Shown one piece after another: positions 23,972 through 29,836 of a stretch of 29,836 nucleotides of DNA. The DNA comes from Candidatus Ratteibacteria bacterium (GTDB lineage Bacteria > Ratteibacteria > UBA8468 > B48-G9 > DTJG01): the NCBI GenBank assembly GCA_049971295.1, contig JBMFLH010000012.1:1-29836 (forward strand), written 5' to 3'. The notes under the pieces are model-generated. The model was not told the origin of the DNA. It did not search any database and saw only the letters and a program-made list of their open reading frames with translations. The translations under genes and the position numbers were made by a program. The stretch's first letter is position 1. The number at the start of each line of letters is the position of its first letter.

Positions 23972-25624
23972 GTGAGAATAAAAAGCCGGGTCTGTATTAT
24001 TCTGTTTTGTTGTTTAACAACAGCTGCTTTTACTCAAAATATTGCAGAACAGGACGATTCTTTTACCTGCGCTGTAGTTGCGTTTAATGAATCCCTTTAT
24101 GAAATATCCATAGAATTTCTTGACAAATATTTTAGCAGTCCCGAAGCAAAAAAAAATGATTACGCCTTATTTCTTTATGGAATAAATCTTCTCAAACTGA
24201 AAAAGTATAAAGAATCACTGGTAAAATTTGAACAATTCAAAAATGACTTTCCTGATTCCCCGCATATGAAAGATGTTTGGAAATATACGATAAATCTACA
24301 GATGCTTCTGAATATGCCTACTGAGGCGTGGAAAACATACTCCCTGGGAATAGCCAACTATGGAAGACAAACTGACATTGAAAAAAATCTCGGATATATG
24401 TTGCTGGATGAAGCAGGCCGTCTGATACAATTAAACAACGATGACTCAGCAAAAAGCATTCTTCAGCAAATAGAGCAGGTTTTCTCAGAAACCACGATTG
24501 TCTCGGAGATTCAATATTATCAGGCACTGATTTATTACAACGAAAATGATTTTGAAAAGTCATTACAGAAATTTCTTTCCGCCCTACCCTATTTCAAAAA
24601 CCGCAATATTGAACCAGAAATTCTTCTGAAAATTGGAGATTGTTTTTTTAATTTAAAAAATTATTCAGAAAGTCAAAAATACTATGACCAGGTAATATCA
24701 CGATTTCCAAAATCAAGTCAGGCAGAATGGGCAAAATTTCACACTGCCCTTATATACAAAAAAAACATGAAATACAAGGATGCGATAAAAATCCTTACTG
24801 CTCTTGTAAAAACAACTGCAAACGATGAAATTATGATTCGCTCCTGCTGGGAACTCGGTAAAATTGCTGTGCTTGAAGGCAAAAGGGACGATGCAATTTT
24901 ATGGTATAACAAAATCATCGAAACAGCAAAGGACCAGGAAACAATCATGACCACAAAATTAGAACTTGGTCATCTTTATTTTAATCAGGGCAACTACTTA
25001 AAGGCAATTATGCTTTTTTCTGAATATCTGAAATTCAAAAATGATGAAGATGTCCTCTATGCTCTTGGCTCAACATTTTACAACAACAATCAAACTGAAC
25101 AGGCTATAGAAACATGGGAATCATTGATGAAACAAAACCCTGATTATCCGTTTTCTCTTTCGGTGCTCAAAATTCTTTATAATTTTTATAAAGAAAAAAA
25201 CGACAGAGCGATGATGAAACATATTTTTAATAAAATCTGGGAAAAATATCCAGAGGATAATTTTATTCTCACAGAAGGCATTATATTTCTTAATGAAATG
25301 TTGAATACAGGAGCAACAGAAGAAGCTGCCAGATATTTAAAAAAATTGGATTACAAAAAAAATTCTGAAACATTATTTTTAAATGCAAAGGTCTTATATC
25401 TTACAGGAGATTATCAACAAAGTGAACAGGTGCTTAAACAAATAGACAAAAAAAGCCTGTTCGCCGCAGAAGCATTGTATCTGCTGGTTGAAATTAATCT
25501 TGCGAAATCGAATTTGAAAGATGCCCAGATGTATTATGTCAAACTTCTTGCTTCGTTTCCTAAAAGTATATGGGCGCAAAAAGCACGGGATTCCATATCA
25601 AAATATAACCAGTCAAGAAAATGA
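23972..25624 (+). CDS. Exported tetratricopeptide-repeat protein (CpoB/BamD-like repeats)
   Basis: Signal peptide ending AFT|Q; many TPR units, e.g. ILLKIGDCFFNLKNYSESQKYYDQVISRFPKS, FPDSP, FPKSIWA. Confidence 0.88.
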   Translation: MRIKSRVCIILFCCLTTAAFTQNIAEQDDSFTCAVVAFNESLYEISIEFLDKYFSSPEAKKNDYALFLYGINLLKLKKYKESLVKFEQFKNDFPDSPHMKDVWKYTINLQMLLNMPTEAWKTYSLGIANYGRQTDIEKNLGYMLLDEAGRLIQLNNDDSAKSILQQIEQVFSETTIVSEIQYYQALIYYNENDFEKSLQKFLSALPYFKNRNIEPEILLKIGDCFFNLKNYSESQKYYDQVISRFPKSSQAEWAKFHTALIYKKNMKYKDAIKILTALVKTTANDEIMIRSCWELGKIAVLEGKRDDAILWYNKIIETAKDQETIMTTKLELGHLYFNQGNYLKAIMLFSEYLKFKNDEDVLYALGSTFYNNNQTEQAIETWESLMKQNPDYPFSLSVLKILYNFYKEKNDRAMMKHIFNKIWEKYPEDNFILTEGIIFLNEMLNTGATEEAARYLKKLDYKKNSETLFLNAKVLYLTGDYQQSEQVLKQIDKKSLFAAEALYLLVEINLAKSNLKDAQMYYVKLLASFPKSIWAQKARDSISKYNQSRK

Positions 25625-27033
25625 AATATTTATGTACAGGTCTCCTCATTTTTTTTTCAACAATTTCAGCATTATCGCAGAATATTGAAATTCCAGAAAC
25701 CATTGTCATTGGAAAAGATAGAAATGTTTACAAAACACCAATTTTTGTATATCCGCATGATATTCAGATAAAATTCCCAGAAATCCCGAAAGTTCCTCAA
25801 CAATATCTGAAAATCAAGAAAGTTCCTGACCATAACGAAGAAAAAGTTGTACACGAAAATACTGTCAATGAGTTTTCTATACTCGGAGGAAAATTTGGAT
25901 TTTTGTTTTCGTGTTTGCATTTTGCCTATCCAGAATGGAATACCCAATTATCTCTGCTGAATGACGATTCCTTTAGAAACCATGATAAAAAAACTGTGAT
26001 AGAATCTTCTTTTCATTTATTTCCTGTTGAAAAACTTTCAGTAGATTTTGATTACTGGAACTGTCTGAAAGAACTGCCTAATACCGATAGAAAAAAGCAC
26101 ACTGTGCTTGCTGACATAAATCTTTCTTTTAAGGATGATCAGTTTCAGTGGAATCTTGGTGGGTTTCGAAATACGTTATCAGAAGTTGAAGAATCAAGTG
26201 GATTATTTGAAGTTAAAAAAATTTGGGACAATTTTTGCCTTGGCGGAGCAATTGGATACGACAGTTTTGCTGGTAAAGGAAATGGGATTTATAAAATTAC
26301 CGGCACTTACGAAAACAAAAATTTTCAGGGCGAACTTGCGTTGAAAGCAATAGGAGGTCAGACAAGAATATTGCCTTCTATGAGTGTAAATTTCGAAAAA
26401 CAGAATACAAAAGTTCGTACCGGTATTGTAAGTAATTTTGCCTTTCCGAATTTCTGGAAAGAGATAGGGCAGGAATCCTATCTTGATATGAAAAAATCCT
26501 TTCTGGAGCCAGAAGAAAATTATGCCATTTATTGTGAAATTTCCCGCACAATGAAAAACATAGATATAAAAATCAAAGGAGAAGTGAATTATGAAAAAAT
26601 CTCTTATCAGTGGAAGGATATTGACAATAACAACCTCTATGAACCATGTGTTTTGAAAAATAATACAGTCAGTATTCTTGATATCGGTATCACAAAAAAA
26701 TCAGATATGTTCTATATTGAAGCAGGTTACACCCTTTTTAATAGAGAAAAAAAGAAATCAGGTTTTCCAGAAAATATGGGCTACATCAAAACAGGTATTA
26801 ATGCCGGCAGATTCTCACCAGAAATCATGGTCAGTTATACAGGTAAGCGACATTTTGATACAGTTGAACTCGGTGGATATACACTGTTTTCAGCGCTTTT
26901 GTCTTACCAAATAAACACCAGAGCAAAATTTTTCTGTCAGTTTTACAATATCTTTGATACACAATACAGGGAAGCACCAGGATATAAAGGAAAACCATTT
27001 AATATTATTGCAGGATTCCAAACAAGATGGTAA
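25621..27033 (+). CDS. Outer-membrane beta-barrel resembling a TonB-dependent receptor but short and apparently lacking a plug
   Basis: Signal peptide ALS|Q; TonB-box-like ETIVIG; amphipathic strands; C-terminal FYNIFDTQY...GYKG...FNIIAGFQTRW like the TBDT NLFD...G terminus. Confidence 0.68.
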   Translation: MKYLCTGLLIFFSTISALSQNIEIPETIVIGKDRNVYKTPIFVYPHDIQIKFPEIPKVPQQYLKIKKVPDHNEEKVVHENTVNEFSILGGKFGFLFSCLHFAYPEWNTQLSLLNDDSFRNHDKKTVIESSFHLFPVEKLSVDFDYWNCLKELPNTDRKKHTVLADINLSFKDDQFQWNLGGFRNTLSEVEESSGLFEVKKIWDNFCLGGAIGYDSFAGKGNGIYKITGTYENKNFQGELALKAIGGQTRILPSMSVNFEKQNTKVRTGIVSNFAFPNFWKEIGQESYLDMKKSFLEPEENYAIYCEISRTMKNIDIKIKGEVNYEKISYQWKDIDNNNLYEPCVLKNNTVSILDIGITKKSDMFYIEAGYTLFNREKKKSGFPENMGYIKTGINAGRFSPEIMVSYTGKRHFDTVELGGYTLFSALLSYQINTRAKFFCQFYNIFDTQYREAPGYKGKPFNIIAGFQTRW

Positions 27034-27064
27034 ATTTATAATATAGGTTATCGAGGAGCACAAT

Positions 27065-27700
27065 ATGAGCTTATGGCAATTCACAGTACGCGGTGGTTAT
27101 CTGATGATACCGATCATCATCTGTGGCGCACTGACTCTGGCTGTGATTATTGAACGGCTTATCGCATTGAAAAGGTCTGAAACAGATGCTGAAAAATTTA
27201 TCAGCCGTATAGAAGAAAAATTAAAAAAGAGAAAAATCAGGGAAGCTATTGAAATATGTGAAGCAACACCAGGCCCGGTTTCCCGGCTTGTTTATACAGC
27301 GCTGATAAAATCTGATAGGCCACCAGAAATTATCAGGGAAAATATTCAGGACGAAGCAAACCACATCATCCCATATCTTGAAAAATATCTCGGGATTCTT
27401 GCCACAATTGCAACAATAGCGCCGCTTCTTGGACTGCTTGGGACTGTCACAGGTTTGATCAAAGCATTTATGGTGATTGAAGCCAAAGGAGGGCTGGTAA
27501 ATCCAGGAGACCTTGCAAGAGGCATCTGGGAAGCACTGATCACAACCGTCGCTGGACTGGTCGTAAGCATACCGGCATATCTTGGATATAATTATCTTGT
27601 TTCTCGTGTAAATGGATTGATCAATGATATGGAACGTGCCACATCAAGAATGATGGATATTTTGATTTTTCTACATTCTGAAGAAGAGGAGATCAAGTGA
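27065..27700 (+). CDS. exbB: MotA/TolQ/ExbB proton channel protein
   Basis: GGYLMIPI; LATIATIAPLLGLLGTVTGLI; LARGIWEALITTVAGL. GAGGAG RBS. Confidence 0.93.
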   Translation: MSLWQFTVRGGYLMIPIIICGALTLAVIIERLIALKRSETDAEKFISRIEEKLKKRKIREAIEICEATPGPVSRLVYTALIKSDRPPEIIRENIQDEANHIIPYLEKYLGILATIATIAPLLGLLGTVTGLIKAFMVIEAKGGLVNPGDLARGIWEALITTVAGLVVSIPAYLGYNYLVSRVNGLINDMERATSRMMDILIFLHSEEEEIK

Positions 27701-28104
27701 AATTTCCAAGACGCTACGAAATCTTCAAAGGCCAGATTAACATGGCGCCATTGATTGATGTTGTGCTGCAGCAATTGATTTATTTTATGTTGACTTCCAG
27801 TTTCATTATGCAACCAGGGATAAAAATAAATCTGCCCTCAGCTGTATCAACGGATAAAATAGAAGAAAAAGAAATTTTTATCAATGTTTCAGCAGAGGGA
27901 ATCATTTTTTTGGGAGAAAAACAGGTATCATCTGAACAGCTTGCAAATTTATTGAGTTCTCTTAGAAATAAAGAACATTTTATTGTCGTAATCAAGGGAG
28001 ATGTGAAAACACCTCATGGGAAAATTGTCAATGTTATGGACATTGCAAAAACATCCGGTATATCAAAAATTGCCATAGCCACAATACCTGTTTCAGAACA
28101 ATGA
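27697..28104 (+). CDS. exbD: ExbD/TolR family protein
   Basis: INMAPLIDVV (conserved TM Asp); INLPSA; IKGD...HGKIVNVMDIAK...GISKI. Confidence 0.92.
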   Translation: MKFPRRYEIFKGQINMAPLIDVVLQQLIYFMLTSSFIMQPGIKINLPSAVSTDKIEEKEIFINVSAEGIIFLGEKQVSSEQLANLLSSLRNKEHFIVVIKGDVKTPHGKIVNVMDIAKTSGISKIAIATIPVSEQ

Positions 28105-28811
28105 TGCAATCTAATGACAGAAATCTTATAAAAATATTCATATTGTGCCTTGCTGCACATATCACGATACTTCCAATTTTTAGCTTTGTCCTTCCACCAA
28201 AAAGCGAAAAGTCAAAGTATCAAATCGTTTTTCTTTATCAGGAACCCCAGTCAACCACAACAAATATATTAAAAGTAAGAGTCAGTCCGCAATTACCTGT
28301 CACAAGACAAATTCCAGATCAAAAAGTCACTATGCCAAAGGTTGAAGCAGGCCGTCTTGAAAAAGACATCACGATAGGCACACCCAAAACCCCTCTGATG
28401 ACCATTGAAAAACTGGAAAACATTCAGTGGGAACTCCCAATTGCCAGAATTACGATATCTGGAAATTATACACCACTTACTATAAGTTCGGAACAAAACC
28501 CTCAACTTCAAGGAAAAATTATAGGAGAAAACTTTGAGATCACAGGTCCCGGAGGAAACAGAGCCATTGTTTCAAAAGTTATACCTGAATATCCTGCATG
28601 GGCTGAAAAACAAAATATCGAAGCAAATGTAAAGATAAAAATATGGGTAAACAAGTATGGTCATGTTTTTTCAACAGAAATCATTGAAACAACTGGATAT
28701 AGAAAACTTGATGCCACTGCTGAGGAAGCATTGAAAAAATGGAAGTTTACGGAAATTGACAATGATACTGATGTCTGGGCAATAGTAACAATAAAATTTA
28801 GACTACAATGA
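28101..28811 (+). CDS. tonB: TonB family energy transducer
   Basis: N-terminal TM with His (CLAAH); Pro/Thr-rich linker; PEYPAWA...V...G...LDATAEEALKKWKF TonB C-terminal domain. Confidence 0.88.
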   Translation: MMQSNDRNLIKIFILCLAAHITILPIFSFVLPPKSEKSKYQIVFLYQEPQSTTTNILKVRVSPQLPVTRQIPDQKVTMPKVEAGRLEKDITIGTPKTPLMTIEKLENIQWELPIARITISGNYTPLTISSEQNPQLQGKIIGENFEITGPGGNRAIVSKVIPEYPAWAEKQNIEANVKIKIWVNKYGHVFSTEIIETTGYRKLDATAEEALKKWKFTEIDNDTDVWAIVTIKFRLQ

Positions 28812-29086
28812 TAAAAATAGAACTCACTCTTGCAATCACTATATATCTCTTTATAAGCCTTCTCATTCTTTTCCTGTGGCTTTTCAGTGAAACAAGAAAA
28901 AGACCAATCCATTCAGTGAAAAAAGAAAATTATTTATGGCAATGTCCTATGTGTTTTCATATTTATGTAGATAGTTCTGATTCTGACATTTCAAGGTGCC
29001 CATTATGCAAAAGTCTTCACAAAAAACACGAATCAGGGTATAATCTTAATAGAGAAACTCTTTCGGGAAACCAGGGGGCAAGATGA
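28808..29086 (+). CDS. Small membrane protein with CxxC...CxxC zinc ribbon
   Basis: One N-terminal TM followed by RKR; WQCPMCFHIY...SRCPLC. ATGA overlaps on both sides. Confidence 0.8.
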   Translation: MIKIELTLAITIYLFISLLILFLWLFSETRKRPIHSVKKENYLWQCPMCFHIYVDSSDSDISRCPLCKSLHKKHESGYNLNRETLSGNQGAR

Positions 29087-29289
29087 TAACAGAAATTGGA
29101 TTCACAGCAGGAGATATATGGAACTACCTTGACAAATATGGAGAGGTTTCGTTTCTTAAAATGGTAAAAGCCATTGATAAGCCAAAAGATCTTGCTTTGA
29201 TGAGTTTAGGATGGCTCGCCAGAGAGGGACATGTTGAAGTTACAAGGTCTGGAAGAAATGATTTTAAAGTAAAATTGCGGAATCGTTAA
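29083..29289 (+). CDS. Small winged-helix protein (DUF2582-like)
   Basis: IGFTAGDIWNYL...LGWLAREG is characteristic of this family. Confidence 0.85.
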   Translation: MITEIGFTAGDIWNYLDKYGEVSFLKMVKAIDKPKDLALMSLGWLAREGHVEVTRSGRNDFKVKLRNR

Positions 29290-29292
29290 AAG

Positions 29293-29733
29293 ATGGTTAA
29301 GATTCTTGTTGTGTATTATTCGCTTGGTGGAAATACAAAGGTTGCAGCCGAAGAAGTGGCTGAAGGATGTCGTGAATGTGGAGCTGAAGTAGTATTGAAG
29401 ACTGGTACTGAAGCCGACGAAAAAGATCTTATTAATTGTGATGGTATTGTGATAGGCAGTCCAGATTATTTCAGCTATATGGCAGGTGGACTGAAGGATT
29501 TTTTTGATAGAACTTTTTATCGTGTTCAAGGTAAAGTAACAGGTAAACCCTGCGTTATGTTTGTTACGCATGGCGGTGGAGGCAAAGCAGTAAATAGCCT
29601 GGAATCAATGTGTAAGTGGTTTAAATTCAAGAAAGTTGCTGAACCAGTACTAATAAAAAATAGTCCATCACCATCAGATAAAAACAAACTAAGAGAACTT
29701 GGTGCTCTGCTTGTTTCATATATTAATAAATAG
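29293..29733 (+). CDS. Flavodoxin / WrbA-like FMN-binding protein
   Basis: ILVVYYSLGGNT; IGSPDYFSYMAGGLKDFFDR; FVTHGGGG. Confidence 0.9.
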   Translation: MVKILVVYYSLGGNTKVAAEEVAEGCRECGAEVVLKTGTEADEKDLINCDGIVIGSPDYFSYMAGGLKDFFDRTFYRVQGKVTGKPCVMFVTHGGGGKAVNSLESMCKWFKFKKVAEPVLIKNSPSPSDKNKLRELGALLVSYINK

Positions 29734-29759
29734 CGAGCTTTTTTTGGAAAATTTTAATA

Positions 29760-29830
29760 TGGGGGATCGTCTAACGGTAGGACATCAGACTCTGGATCTG
29801 AGTGTCTAGGTTCAAATCCTAGTCCCCCAG
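29760..29830 (+). tRNA. tRNA-Gln (anticodon CTG), CCA not encoded
   Basis: Acceptor TGGGGGA/TCCCCCA; D-arm GTC...GAC; anticodon arm TCAGA-CT-CTG-GA-TCTGA; T-arm CTAGG-TTCAAAT-CCTAG; discriminator G. Confidence 0.96.
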
Positions 29831-29836
29831 ATAATG

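Noticed and set aside
27037..27042. TATAAT upstream of exbB as an internal promoter
   Set aside because: No properly spaced -35 or extended TG; cannot be distinguished from chance in AT-rich DNA.
3481..29571. The many 60-160 aa antisense and alternate-frame ORFs inside long genes
   Set aside because: No recognisable motifs or RBS; they fully overlap well-supported genes.
29732..29746. AGCGAGC followed by a T-run after flavodoxin as a terminator
   Set aside because: No stable stem precedes the T tract.

Overview
AT-rich bacterial chromosomal window with no mobile elements or CRISPR. The organism is probably a diderm PVC-superphylum member (Omnitrophota/Ratteibacteria-like); this is inferred from an H-X9-DG pilin and the pilB-pilT-pilB-pilC order and is not proven. 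Left: rimO (partial) and ftsK on the minus strand, divergent from rbfA-argS. Centre (5.5-19.6 kb): a type IV filament locus with two PilB/GspE ATPases, PilT, one PilC and ten prepilin-leader proteins in two apparent sets: (H-X9-DG pilin, GspG-like, PilX, PilV, PilW) and (GspG, H, I, J, giant K). It runs without gaps into ppiC/surA-like, pdxA and rsmA. Next come three tiny genes: a YHS protein and a 40-aa lipoprotein (both missed by the ORF track) and a cold-shock protein with a structured leader. Right: TPR protein, an apparently plug-less TonB-box beta-barrel, ExbB/ExbD/TonB, a membrane Zn-ribbon protein, a DUF2582-like protein, flavodoxin and tRNA-Gln(CTG). Best candidates for an undescribed system: the dual-pilin-set, dual-motor filament machine and the TPR/plug-less-barrel Ton/Tol-like module. 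All calls come from reading motifs by eye; no searches were run.
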